From a virus (Duplodnaviria; Caudoviricetes), in IMG/VR virus record IMGVR_UViG_3300027563_000002, positions 32,001 to 96,000 of that record: a stretch of 64,000 bases of DNA. The stretch is one strand, 5' to 3'. The notes below the pieces were generated by a model that did not search any database, was not told the origin of the DNA, and saw nothing but the letters and a program-made list of their open reading frames with translations. Below, piece after piece: positions 17,422-27,015 of the stretch. Within the stretch, counting starts at the first letter, position 1. Each line of letters opens with the position of its first letter. Position numbers and translations under genes: made by a program.

Positions 17422-20078
17422 TCAAAAGAAAATAAAGAATTAAAAGTGTTTTCAGTATTGGTAGCTGAGGCCAAGTCCCAATCCAACACTCCCAACAAGT
17501 TGTCAATCTTTTGATCCACCACTGTGGCCTCCATCTCTGCGTCGTCAAACGGCAAGTCCTTGAACCACTGTGGCAAGTGCATCTCGTCTGTGGGATAGCC
17601 AATGCTGGTCCAGCCCAAGGCATTGCTTCTTAACTTGCACACAATGGTCTTCATGCCGTCCACAATCTGCATTGAGTAGTTGTCCGAATTCATTCGTCTC
17701 AAGTTGTTCCAGTTCAAGGCCGCCCGTACATGCCCAGGCATGTTGGCTTTGCCCAGGCGTTCTTCTTCCCGACCGTACTTGGTCAAGTTGTTCACACGCT
17801 TGGGAGAGCCTTTTTCCCAGCCCGGCCGTTCTTTGAATTCATACTTGAACTCGCGCACACGTTCAATGATTTCATCGCGACCAGCGCCGGCCAGTGCTTT
17901 ATTTAGAATTTCCAACAGAAAGTCTTGAATAACTTTGGGTGTGTCACTGCGTTTTAGATCCAGGCCAGTGGCCTTGGTCTTGCCGATTGCTCCGTTCACA
18001 TCCAGGCGCTTGTTTTCAATATCAATGGCGTTGACAGCATAGCGTTTTTTGGTGATGAACAAGCCACGGTCTGCCACAGTTTCACGACCGGCCTTGATCA
18101 ATTCGCCCATGTCTCTGGGACAATGAAAAGCACGTTCCATAAAGCTCGGAAATGATTCATTCACTTGGTCAGCAATTGAGTCGTACAGCTGGATGCAAAT
18201 TTCTTTTGACCATGCCATACGACCTTCGGCAACTTCCTGCTTGAGCACAGGCCAGGCACTGAAGTAGCATGAGTCTGTGTCACCATAGATAACTGCCTTG
18301 CCCATATGATCATACTCACCTGTGATGCATTCATTCAGGTATGCATCCATGTGCCGGGCAATGCTGCGGCCTGTCAGTGTTGTGCTCTGTCCAATGCGCT
18401 TGTCAAAAAATCTGCAGCCAGAATTGAGAATGGCGCCATACAGACTGTTCAAGTTAATCTTCTTGACCAGTTGACGTTTGTCCCAGAACGCAATCTCTTT
18501 GGCATCCCGGGCATCTTTCTTCTTGGCCTGTAATTCTTGACGTTCACGATACCAACGTTCCAGCAGACCTGGAATCACACCTTTCTTTTCGTATGTGAAT
18601 ATGGTTCCATTGGCGCTCAAAATCCAAGGTTGATTAGAGTCAAACAACATGTACCAAATTTCAGCGCCTGAGTGTACAGTCTCTTCACCTGACTGCCAGT
18701 CTATGGTGATCTCTGTGCCACGTTGCTGTTCCATCACTGCTGTGTATTCCAAACTGGCAAACACACCTTCCCAGGCCGCTGCAAATGAATCACCCCGAGC
18801 CATTTTATCTTTGATGTATCGATCAGTCATCACAGGACGCAGTTGACCAATGATGGTTTCTGGACCCATGTTCAAGGCACGAATCGCTGATGGATACAGA
18901 CTGTTGATGTCCACTGATCCCACCCACTCGTGCATGCCCTTGCGTGGATATGCCACATAAGCACCTGCGGCCTGTGTGTCCTCGTCGGTGAGTCGTTGTT
19001 GACGATTGGGCACAACCATGCCGCGTTCGTGTGCTTCGTTGATGATGGCCTGTTCGGTCACGGCCACAGCACCCATGGTGGTGGCCAACAACACAGTATT
19101 GGCATGCGCCAGTTCGCTGGCCAGTTCCAGGAAGCGCAGTTTTTTGTCCAGTTTGTCCAGCAACAAGGTATCTTGCCTGTTGTATTCGATAAAGGTCCTG
19201 AAGTATTGGTTGTACAACTGATCCAGTGTGCCTTCAAACTGTGTCTTGCGCTCACTCAGTTCGTACTCGGCAATGGCATCCAGGCTGTAGCTATGTCGTT
19301 CTTCATAGGTGTATTTGCGATACAGTTGCATATAGTCCATATGCACACGACCCACCAGGTCATAGGTTTCGTTTTCAGCACCAAAACGTTCAAACACACG
19401 CTTCTTGGGAAACTGCCCCCATAAACAAAATCTGCGTGTGTCGTCTTTGCTGAGCACTCGAGTGATACGATTCACTGTGTAGGGTATGTCATAGCCTTCT
19501 GAGTTCCAACCGCTCAAGATATCTGCATCTTCGATCAGATCCAAGAACATCTTCAACATTTCTGTTTCGGATTCACACAGCACAGTGTTCTCAAATTCTC
19601 CACAGATCTCACGAGCAGTCTGCTCACTCATATGGCGCGGCGCCACCACCAGTGTGACCAATTGCTCCAACCAATTCAAATATACCGATATGGCAGTGAT
19701 GGGATTGAAAGGATCTGACACAGGCGAAAATCCACGCACTGAATCGAATGCAACTTCAATGTCAAAGAATGCTGTGTGCAAGGTGGGGGCATCTTGGTCC
19801 TTGTAGTTTTCTTCAAAGCAACGGAATATGGGATTGATATCCGATTCGTAGATCTGTCGACCGCTTTGTGCTCGAACTTCCTTGCGGAACTCTTTGTTGT
19901 TGCGTGATGAAAATCTTGACACAGGTGTGCCGTAGATGCTTTGGAACTTGCCTCGGGGGTCGTCGTAGTAGAACACATAATTGGCAGGATACTCCCGATA
20001 CTGCCTTTGGCCGTCGCGGCGTTCTACCACGTGAATGCGATCATGCTCACGATCAAATAGTGCGTCAATATAACTCAA
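17418..20078 (-). CDS. Family B DNA polymerase (T4 gp43-like)
   Basis: Exo FFDIEV, GWNSEGYDIPY, YNRQD; pol DINSLYPS, KINLNSLYG, YGDTDS, KKRY; TTG start. Confidence 0.97.
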   Translation of the reverse strand: MSYIDALFDREHDRIHVVERRDGQRQYREYPANYVFYYDDPRGKFQSIYGTPVSRFSSRNNKEFRKEVRAQSGRQIYESDINPIFRCFEENYKDQDAPTLHTAFFDIEVAFDSVRGFSPVSDPFNPITAISVYLNWLEQLVTLVVAPRHMSEQTAREICGEFENTVLCESETEMLKMFLDLIEDADILSGWNSEGYDIPYTVNRITRVLSKDDTRRFCLWGQFPKKRVFERFGAENETYDLVGRVHMDYMQLYRKYTYEERHSYSLDAIAEYELSERKTQFEGTLDQLYNQYFRTFIEYNRQDTLLLDKLDKKLRFLELASELAHANTVLLATTMGAVAVTEQAIINEAHERGMVVPNRQQRLTDEDTQAAGAYVAYPRKGMHEWVGSVDINSLYPSAIRALNMGPETIIGQLRPVMTDRYIKDKMARGDSFAAAWEGVFASLEYTAVMEQQRGTEITIDWQSGEETVHSGAEIWYMLFDSNQPWILSANGTIFTYEKKGVIPGLLERWYRERQELQAKKKDARDAKEIAFWDKRQLVKKINLNSLYGAILNSGCRFFDKRIGQSTTLTGRSIARHMDAYLNECITGEYDHMGKAVIYGDTDSCYFSAWPVLKQEVAEGRMAWSKEICIQLYDSIADQVNESFPSFMERAFHCPRDMGELIKAGRETVADRGLFITKKRYAVNAIDIENKRLDVNGAIGKTKATGLDLKRSDTPKVIQDFLLEILNKALAGAGRDEIIERVREFKYEFKERPGWEKGSPKRVNNLTKYGREEERLGKANMPGHVRAALNWNNLRRMNSDNYSMQIVDGMKTIVCKLRSNALGWTSIGYPTDEMHLPQWFKDLPFDDAEMEATVVDQKIDNLLGVLDWDLASATNTENTFNSLFSFE

Positions 20079-21103
20079 ACAGAAGTTGCCTTTTCAAAAA
20101 AATTATCAAAGAAGTTTGCGTTGTTGTACGCAGTTTTCCAAGATTTCAATAACTGACGATTATGTTGACTTTGATTATACAATGTTTTTGAATCAAAGTC
20201 AATGCTGTCCTCAACTAAGATTTGTAATAATTGTTGTTGCCGTTGTTGCCAAGGCAAATCATCAATTTTGTCAATGGCCGAATCAAACTCAAACCCAAGT
20301 GCTCGCAATTTGGCTATCCCATGTTTTTGTAAAAACAATAAAGATATGGTTGGAAATTGTATTGAGCGCAGAGATTTTTCAGTAAAGCACCACCGATTGG
20401 TATCATCTTCGAGCGCATAAGTTTCAAGCACCAGTGAGTATTTAGAATCCAGTATCAACGGTGATAGATTGTGAATTTCAGTAAAATTTCTGTAAGGAAC
20501 AATGGATCGAAGTTCTTGGTAGGCTTTTTCAAAATGGGGTAACTGATCAAGTTGATATTTGTAATGTATAAAATCAAACAACTCTGTACCGGTCAGATTG
20601 CTATAATCAGACAGTTGCTTCATCAGAACACTCACATACCCTTTGTCTAGTAGATTGTGATGATGTAAAAAATAAAACCAACTTTGTCTTGTTGAGCATA
20701 CACGTTGTATGAAACAGTTGTATAATTTTGAAGGGGGTGACACAATATCAATATTGTCACTGTATGACGCATGTATGCCTAACAGTTTAGGGTAACTAAA
20801 AAACTCAATACATGACAAGTTATTAAATTCAATAATGCTATCAGTAACAACCAATACTTTCTTACCATGCTGATGGCAGTGTTGATTTATGTTTTTCCAA
20901 TGTTCATAATTGCCAATTATATCAGACAGCACCATGTACACAATCACTGTGCTGTTGATATGTTGTACGTTGGTAGGTGATAGATTGAGAGTAAACTTTA
21001 TTTTATTTTTATCACAAAATTCTTTTATGTGATTGTATAGTTTAGCCCGTTGATCACGACAATTATGTTGATCAACACTGTCAATTTCTAATTGATTAAA
21101 CAA
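20075..21103 (-). CDS. Hypothetical protein with weak GT10-like C-terminal motif
   Basis: YSLVLETY...FTEKSLR; AT-rich; GGAG RBS and TTG start. Confidence 0.5.
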   Translation of the reverse strand: MFNQLEIDSVDQHNCRDQRAKLYNHIKEFCDKNKIKFTLNLSPTNVQHINSTVIVYMVLSDIIGNYEHWKNINQHCHQHGKKVLVVTDSIIEFNNLSCIEFFSYPKLLGIHASYSDNIDIVSPPSKLYNCFIQRVCSTRQSWFYFLHHHNLLDKGYVSVLMKQLSDYSNLTGTELFDFIHYKYQLDQLPHFEKAYQELRSIVPYRNFTEIHNLSPLILDSKYSLVLETYALEDDTNRWCFTEKSLRSIQFPTISLLFLQKHGIAKLRALGFEFDSAIDKIDDLPWQQRQQQLLQILVEDSIDFDSKTLYNQSQHNRQLLKSWKTAYNNANFFDNFFEKATSV

Positions 21104-21109
21104 ATCTTT

Positions 21110-21172
21110 CTCCGTTTGTGACCGGTGCGGTCTTGATACATGCTGCTTAAGGCAGCGACTCTTTGCTATTTA
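21110..21172 (-). promoter_or_regulatory. TAAATA motif plus two-hairpin leader of the polymerase operon
   Basis: GCTGC-CTTAA-GCAGC and GACCG-CAC-CGGTC hairpins, then GGAG RBS. Confidence 0.5.
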
Positions 21173-21177
21173 CATCG

Positions 21178-22254
21178 TTAATTTGGATTATCTAAAATTC
21201 CATGAAACCAAACACCAGGTAATTTTTGCACGGCAAGGATTTTTTCCTTAGCTAGTGCGTAATCTGGATGTGATGAATCAAACACATTGTGTTCATTGAA
21301 TTCTTCTGCAGACCAGGTCCCCCAGTTTGTTACTTTTGCATATTCAATTCGATCAACATCATAGCTTTTGCAAAAATCATAAAATTGCTGTATTTCTTGA
21401 TAGTTACGATTTTGTACCACCATTCTGGTCCTAAAATCAAACCCCAATTCGTGTTTTTTGTTTTGTAAAAATTCCATGGCAGAAATCAACTGCTGCCAGG
21501 TACCACCTCTTCTGACCACTTGATAAGTTTCTGCGGTAGCGGCATCAATTGAAATTACCACGTGTTGTATAGCTGATTCTAAATGGGATATTCTGTGCCA
21601 ATTTTTTTTTGCCAACAACCCGTTTGATTGTATGCATAGTTGAAAATTTGGCAAACGATTTAAATCAATTGTAGACAACAGATTTATCAGCAATGGGCTG
21701 GCAAATACTTCTCCAGAGCCACTGGTATGCACTACAATTTTTTTATCAGTTGGCTGAGAAAATAAGTTTTCAGTAATTATTTTACCTAATCGTTCTTGTT
21801 TTTTGATCTGACCGGGGTTTGGTTTTATAATGCCGGTCCTGCAACTGGGACAACTGAGATTGCAAACACTATCTCCCTGTATAGATATCCAATGCGGGAT
21901 TTCAAACAAGTTAGAATCAGTAATTAAGTGTTTGACATTGTCAGGCAAGGTGTCAATGGTATTAAGTTGGTTATTGGCCATAATACCACATTGCTGTTCA
22001 TTGCAATATTGATAAGAGCCATCAATAATGCTTTGTCTAATTCTTTTGGCCATCGGGGACGACAAAATTTCTTCGAGAGTGTTCACGGTCAAATTGCCAA
22101 CAGTTGATGGCATCCAACCACCGCATCCACAGAGCCTAACTTCGCCATTGAGTCCAACTTCGATCATTGTAAACGGAGATAGACAATACTGCCCCAACAA
22201 GGCCTTGTTGGGGAAGATTCCTGAACGTGCCTGGCGTATTGGAATTGTGGTCAA
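21178..22254 (-). CDS. Radical SAM protein with N-terminal SPASM/twitch-like domain
   Basis: CLSPF..GEVRLC..VGNL; CNLSCPSC; SGEVFAS; SIDAATAETY. Confidence 0.85.
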   Translation of the reverse strand: MTTIPIRQARSGIFPNKALLGQYCLSPFTMIEVGLNGEVRLCGCGGWMPSTVGNLTVNTLEEILSSPMAKRIRQSIIDGSYQYCNEQQCGIMANNQLNTIDTLPDNVKHLITDSNLFEIPHWISIQGDSVCNLSCPSCRTGIIKPNPGQIKKQERLGKIITENLFSQPTDKKIVVHTSGSGEVFASPLLINLLSTIDLNRLPNFQLCIQSNGLLAKKNWHRISHLESAIQHVVISIDAATAETYQVVRRGGTWQQLISAMEFLQNKKHELGFDFRTRMVVQNRNYQEIQQFYDFCKSYDVDRIEYAKVTNWGTWSAEEFNEHNVFDSSHPDYALAKEKILAVQKLPGVWFHGILDNPN

Positions 22255-22511
22255 ATAGTCTTGCCTACTGTTTCAAGTATGGTTTCCAACAGCTCTTGAT
22301 CTTGTTTGGTTTTTCCAAATTCGGCCTTGTGTGCCACACGAATGGCTTTTTTCAACACAGCCGGTTTGATTTCCAACTCTTCTGCAATGGCCCGGATGGT
22401 GTCGGTCAGGCCACCTTGCAAGGTATCAATCTCGTGCATCACAGCCATGCCTTCATTGATGATTTGGGTGAGTTTGATCTTTTGGTCGCCGTTAAAAGTT
22501 TTAGTATCCAT
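22251..22511 (-). CDS. Small helical DNA-binding protein (T4 DsbA/GapR-like)
   Basis: 86 aa coiled pattern IAEELEIKPAVLKKAIRVA; own promoter. Confidence 0.5.
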   Translation of the reverse strand: MDTKTFNGDQKIKLTQIINEGMAVMHEIDTLQGGLTDTIRAIAEELEIKPAVLKKAIRVAHKAEFGKTKQDQELLETILETVGKTI

Positions 22512-22531
22512 ATGGTTCTCCTATAATGTAA

Positions 22532-22560
22532 ATTATACATTATGAAAGTTGAAAGGTCAA
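22532..22560 (-). promoter_or_regulatory. Sigma70-type promoter
   Basis: TTGACC-N17-TATAAT, then AGGAG RBS. Confidence 0.75.
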
Positions 22561-23000
22561 GTGTTTTTGACTTCAAAATTCTGATAGCGCAAATATCCCC
22601 ATACCATAAACCAAGCAATAATTGGACTCAAGTACCACATGCGATACTGATGTCCAGTTTGGGCAAACAGTTGCTCTCTAGAAACTGCACGGCAAGTCCA
22701 GTTATCAAACCAAACATCACCGACCTGTGCTACCACATGATATTCACCGTTGTGTGTTTGAACTCGGTGCAGTTGATAGCGATGCAAGATCAACACATTC
22801 CATACAAACTGCCAGAATCCGCCACACAACAACCACAATACCGTGATTGAATAGTCATCACAATCACCCCTCATGACATTGTCTTGACTACGCATAACAA
22901 ACCAGTAGTCAGTAAAAAAACTTCTGGGATCAGCAGTGTATTGGAATTGACTGTTGACTGTAGAAATGGCTTGATCCAGGGTCATAATGTTGATTCTCAT
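22557..23000 (-). CDS. Transglutaminase-like cysteine peptidase (BTLCP-like)
   Basis: DYW...GDCDDYS...HVV...FDN catalytic triad pattern. Confidence 0.7.
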   Translation of the reverse strand: MRINIMTLDQAISTVNSQFQYTADPRSFFTDYWFVMRSQDNVMRGDCDDYSITVLWLLCGGFWQFVWNVLILHRYQLHRVQTHNGEYHVVAQVGDVWFDNWTCRAVSREQLFAQTGHQYRMWYLSPIIAWFMVWGYLRYQNFEVKNT

Positions 23001-23007
23001 TTGATTA

Positions 23008-23088
23008 ATGCTCACTTCAAGCCTTGCGGTAGCGAATCGCTCAGCCTGCCCAGCAGCCGGGCCACACGGTCCTAAGGTAGGTGTGATC
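23008..23088 (-). ncRNA. Candidate structured RNA, unassigned
   Basis: GC-rich, three adjacent stems (UCACAC/GUGUGG, GCCCGG/CUGGGC, AGGCU/GGCUU) plus possible pseudoknots. Confidence 0.45.
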
Positions 23089-24007
23089 GGTTGAGTGATT
23101 CATTCAGTCCTTGAATCACACGTTGTATTTGTTTTAATCGTTGATAATGTTGTTCAGATTCGCGCCCGCGATAGTAAGCACTGCCTTCGGCGTAGTTGTA
23201 ATCGGGATCACGGCGTTGCTCAGCATCAGCCACCAGTTCATCAATGTTGGGGTATCGGGCAGTCAAATCACGACGATGTTTTTCGGCATCATGTGCGGGA
23301 GGTGTGTATGGTTGGCGTCTTGCATCTGCACGTGCCAGGCCCCGCTCTCTTTTGGCAATGGTCTGATCGGCTGCTGCAACTGCGGCAGGATCGTTACGGT
23401 CAAAGAATCGGTTTGTCTGAGCCATGGCCCTGCTCATGGTGGCTTTTTTACCATAGTCGCCTAGGCTGACTTCCGCCACACCTCGTTTTCGTGAGTTAAC
23501 ATAGGCTTTGTATTCTTTTTGTGCCGCTTGATGCACTGCATGATTTGTAGTGAAATCTTTATACTTGTCGCCCTGCTTCAATACCCATGTGGCAAAGTCA
23601 AACCACTTGACCCCGGTATCATTATTTGCCTCCGCCACACCTTGCTCCGGCAATACGCCTTTAGGACCTGCCATTGGTTTTGTTTGAATTTGCTTCTTAA
23701 TTAAATCGTGCTTGTCTTGGTCAGGTCCAGCAGATGCCATTATATCATCAAAGTCTCGGGTGGCAACACGCAACCTCTCCATGTCTTTGTTAGTCCATTG
23801 ACGATCTTTCTTGCTGCCTTCCGCCATGCCTCGATCGGTACTTTCGCCACCGCCATCTCCACCGCCTTCACCAGATTCACCACTGCCATAGTAACCATAA
23901 CCTGGAAAGAAGTATCCACCCATTGCCCTTGAAGATTTTTTCTTTCTATTTTTCTTTGCCTCTTCAACACCTGGTTTTTTATTATTGAATAAATCGTTGA
24001 TGATCAT
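23072..24007 (-). CDS. Modular putative head-packaged protein (four GVAE-type junctions)
   Basis: MIINDLF start; PGVEE, RGMAE, QGVAE, RGVAE separate unrelated segments. Confidence 0.75.
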   Translation of the reverse strand: MIINDLFNNKKPGVEEAKKNRKKKSSRAMGGYFFPGYGYYGSGESGEGGGDGGGESTDRGMAEGSKKDRQWTNKDMERLRVATRDFDDIMASAGPDQDKHDLIKKQIQTKPMAGPKGVLPEQGVAEANNDTGVKWFDFATWVLKQGDKYKDFTTNHAVHQAAQKEYKAYVNSRKRGVAEVSLGDYGKKATMSRAMAQTNRFFDRNDPAAVAAADQTIAKRERGLARADARRQPYTPPAHDAEKHRRDLTARYPNIDELVADAEQRRDPDYNYAEGSAYYRGRESEQHYQRLKQIQRVIQGLNESLNRSHLP

Positions 24008-24009
24008 GA

Positions 24010-24942
24010 TTATCGTTCTTCTATGTAATCTGTGTCGGAGTTGCGTTGCTGTGCTTGGCGACGAGCTTGAAACAACTTCACGGCTATACCAGCATCATCC
24101 AGGCTGCGAAAGCGACTGGGCAATGTCTTGCCACCACGACGCAGTTCATATCCTTGATCATCATCGCCACAACATTCCAAGGCCACACCGTCGGCCATTT
24201 CAAATGTGGCCACAGGCGCCTGTGGTGCGCCAAGTTTGTTGGCCACATCCAGTTCAGCAGCATGTGCCACTTCGGTATCGCCAGGATCTGACGGACCTTG
24301 CATGGCAGCAGGATCTGTATCTATTTCTTCATTCAAATCCAATTCACTGTGTGGGAAAGCCATGTAACTGTTGCCATTCTCATCACCAGCACGTATTACA
24401 AATACCCCAGCATCATCATCACCGGACTCGTCTTGACCAATTTCCCAGCCCATTGCTGCCAAGGTGTCCTGTGCCTTGGCCATTTGTTGTTCTGTGCCGT
24501 TCCACCATTGCGCAGCTAGTTGACGCAGAATTTCTTCCTCATCAGGCTCACGGTCGTCTCCACCAGGCAACGCAAATTCATCAAGATCTTCTTCGGCCTT
24601 GCCCTTTTGTACAGCGTCAACTGCTTTGTCTTTCAAGTCACGGTCAACATGCACCTTCTTTTCCAACCGGTCCAGATATGTTGTGAGGTCTCGTTTGACC
24701 TTGCTGATCATGTCTTCTTCAATCTCGGCCATGGCTTCTTCCAGTGCAGTACGCTTGGGCTCCACGGAGTCGCCGACCATGTAGCCATCCATGGGATGAG
24801 CAGGGTCTGTTTTTGAGCCCAACGCACGAATGTTACGAGGCTTGAACAGTGCAGGCAACTGTGGTACCTTTTGTTGTGCTGGACTCAATCGGCCTTCCAC
24901 TGTGGCCAGTCGGTCTAAGATTGATCTGATGTCGTTGCTCAT
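24010..24942 (-). CDS. Acidic hypothetical protein, probable virion internal protein
   Basis: MSNDIRSILDRL start overlapping the dps stop; LDE/LNE sites; ends DYIEER. Confidence 0.7.
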   Translation of the reverse strand: MSNDIRSILDRLATVEGRLSPAQQKVPQLPALFKPRNIRALGSKTDPAHPMDGYMVGDSVEPKRTALEEAMAEIEEDMISKVKRDLTTYLDRLEKKVHVDRDLKDKAVDAVQKGKAEEDLDEFALPGGDDREPDEEEILRQLAAQWWNGTEQQMAKAQDTLAAMGWEIGQDESGDDDAGVFVIRAGDENGNSYMAFPHSELDLNEEIDTDPAAMQGPSDPGDTEVAHAAELDVANKLGAPQAPVATFEMADGVALECCGDDDQGYELRRGGKTLPSRFRSLDDAGIAVKLFQARRQAQQRNSDTDYIEER

Positions 24943-25379
24943 GCTCGTTGGTCTTTCAGATAACTGCGCAGTTGCCATTGATACTTGCCGTGTTGACCCA
25001 GGCGTCCTGCCACGAAGTCAGCAATGCCCTGTTGGTTTTCTTGTTCAGCAGCAGCAAAGCATTGGTTCAGTAGGTCGATCATTTGTTGGGTGTTGGCCAG
25101 CAGTTCTTCGATCATGAGTCGGGCACGTGGGATACGGCTTTGTTCATTAATCACAGTGAGTTCGGCAAAACGTTCCATGCTGCCGGGAGCGTATTCGTCA
25201 AGATATCTAATGTATTCTGCTGTTTGATCTAGTGCACCATAGGCGTCTTCGTAGATTTCCTGGAAAAAATTATGCAGTTCGCTGAAGTCAGGACCTTCCA
25301 CATTCCAATGAAATTGGTGTGCTTTGAGGTAGTAGACAAAATTAGTTGCCAATAGAGTTTTTAAATTGTCCGCGAGCAT
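24939..25379 (-). CDS. dps: Dps-like ferritin
   Basis: KAHQFHWNVEGPDFSELHNFFQEIY, DQTAEYIR, HGKYQWQLRS. Confidence 0.92.
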   Translation of the reverse strand: MLADNLKTLLATNFVYYLKAHQFHWNVEGPDFSELHNFFQEIYEDAYGALDQTAEYIRYLDEYAPGSMERFAELTVINEQSRIPRARLMIEELLANTQQMIDLLNQCFAAAEQENQQGIADFVAGRLGQHGKYQWQLRSYLKDQRA

Positions 25380-25560
25380 GTTTGTTCCTTTTATATTCCT
25401 TGGGCGTGTTAGGCGTAGGATCTAATGCAGTCGTATATTTACCTGTCAGCAAGGAACCGCCAGATCTTGATTGCATGCCTAATGCTGACTCAACAGGGGC
25501 AATACCGCCTGCTGTTGTGGCGCCCACTGACGCCGATTCCACAATTTCATGGGCTCTCAT
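25342..25560 (-). CDS. Small hypothetical protein (MRAHEIVESASVGATTAGGIA...)
   Basis: GGAG RBS before ATG 25560; internal-protein-like N-terminus. Confidence 0.7.
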   Translation of the reverse strand: MRAHEIVESASVGATTAGGIAPVESALGMQSRSGGSLLTGKYTTALDPTPNTPKEYKRNKHARGQFKNSIGN

Positions 25561-25843
25561 GCCATATCTCCAGTATGTTGTCTTTCCAAATACGTGCTGG
25601 ACCATGGACCACACGTATATTTCGAACTTTGAGTCCAGCCCCACTGCTGGTGATCAATTGGTACTCAATGGGGTACTGCCCAGGAGCGGCTCGCACAACA
25701 AATTCTTCTTCTAAGTAAGTATTTTGCCAAATCCATGTTCTTTCAGTAAACAGTTCTTCATTGACAAACAGTCGATACACAGGAGGTTCTTTGCTCCATT
25801 TGCAGTAAACATCACAAAGAACTGTTATATCATAGGTGTGCAT
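25547..25843 (-). CDS. Hypothetical protein
   Basis: ORF tiles between neighbours. Confidence 0.7.
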   Translation of the reverse strand: MHTYDITVLCDVYCKWSKEPPVYRLFVNEELFTERTWIWQNTYLEEEFVVRAAPGQYPIEYQLITSSGAGLKVRNIRVVHGPARIWKDNILEIWHESP

Positions 25844-25851
25844 ATCAAATC

Positions 25852-27015
25852 TCAGTGGAACATCAGGAATTGATTGGCCACGTCCAGTCGGCTGGCACCT
25901 AAATCACCGTGTCCTGCAGGGAATACCACAACGTTCCATTTGGGAGCAGGACCTTCGGGTATGCGATTCATCTCGTCATATGTGATCACAGTGTTGGGAT
26001 CAATATTGTACTTGGCACCCAAGTCTTGACGGAACTGCTGCCAGGCTCCTGCGCTCTTTACTTGTGTGCGGCCTTTTTCATCTTTCACATACTTGCCCTT
26101 GGCATCGGTCACAAACAAGTCACGGAACATGTCCTTGGGCAAGGTCACAGCGTCTTTCACATGCCGGCCAGCATCACGCTGTAGTTGAACTGTTTTGACT
26201 TCACGGCTCTTGGCACCTGGTGAGAACTGTTTGACCACGTTGTTGGGTGTGTCAGGGTCTGTTACTATTTCGCCCATCTTGGTGTAGAAATAGAATTTTA
26301 CATCAGGATTGTTCCGGGCCACATCCATCATCAAGTTGTAGTATTCTTTTGAAAAGAAGTCACCAGCGTCATGTATGCGCACCAACAGCTTGATGCCATT
26401 CTTGCTGGCCAATGCAGCGGCTTTTTTGACTTCACCGTCAAACTTTGCCATGTAGTCTGAAGGATGATTAACCAAGAAGTTCAAGGCCTGTGCCGCGCTC
26501 ATTGAGCTGGCTGGGAACATCACATAGCCGCCTTTTCTGGCATAGCAGTAGGTTTGGCATTCGCCAGCACCTGGGCAGGTGATCACTTCCACAAACTCAC
26601 CGGTTTCTTCATCTACCACAATGCCACTCAAGGCCGGCAGGGTCAAGTCATATGTGATGGCGCCTTCTTGTTTGCTCTTGGCCATTTTGGCATTGGTGCC
26701 CAGAATCTGTCTTGGCGGCTGCATGATCTGACTTTTCAGATCCGCCAGATCCCACTCTGTGCCACCGTCGTCTCGAGTGATGGCCTTGATATTGCTGCCG
26801 TGTATGATGGGCTTGAACTTGTCAGCCTTGGTCTTGGTGCCAGTCTTGATACGAGTGGCATAGTCTTGCATGTCTTGTTTTGACATCGCACGTTGAGGCG
26901 CATCCAGTTTGAGTGCTTCGTCTGTGGCGCCTTGTTCCACATTCAGTACTTTGATGGGAAATCCACCCAGGGTTGGGCCGCGTTCGGCAGCTTCTACAAT
27001 TTGTTGTATTCTCAT
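25852..27015 (-). CDS. Gp88-like Cys-motif protein
   Basis: LPA...TCPGAGECQTYCYARKG and RIHDAGDFFS, FYFYTK; MRIQQIVE N-terminus. Confidence 0.65.
   Translation of the reverse strand: MRIQQIVEAAERGPTLGGFPIKVLNVEQGATDEALKLDAPQRAMSKQDMQDYATRIKTGTKTKADKFKPIIHGSNIKAITRDDGGTEWDLADLKSQIMQPPRQILGTNAKMAKSKQEGAITYDLTLPALSGIVVDEETGEFVEVITCPGAGECQTYCYARKGGYVMFPASSMSAAQALNFLVNHPSDYMAKFDGEVKKAAALASKNGIKLLVRIHDAGDFFSKEYYNLMMDVARNNPDVKFYFYTKMGEIVTDPDTPNNVVKQFSPGAKSREVKTVQLQRDAGRHVKDAVTLPKDMFRDLFVTDAKGKYVKDEKGRTQVKSAGAWQQFRQDLGAKYNIDPNTVITYDEMNRIPEGPAPKWNVVVFPAGHGDLGASRLDVANQFLMFH

Noticed and set aside
17418-20078. Intein or intron in the DNA polymerase
   Set aside because: Normal length with contiguous motifs
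23012-23074. UAG read-through adding DRVARLLGRLSDSLPQGLK
   Set aside because: Extension is only 19 aa and does not join the next gene; kept only as one option for the structured RNA
23985-24686. 233-aa plus-strand ORF and other long antisense ORFs (e.g. 40176-40841, 6991-7506)
   Set aside because: Shadows of well-supported minus-strand genes, with no motifs or RBS
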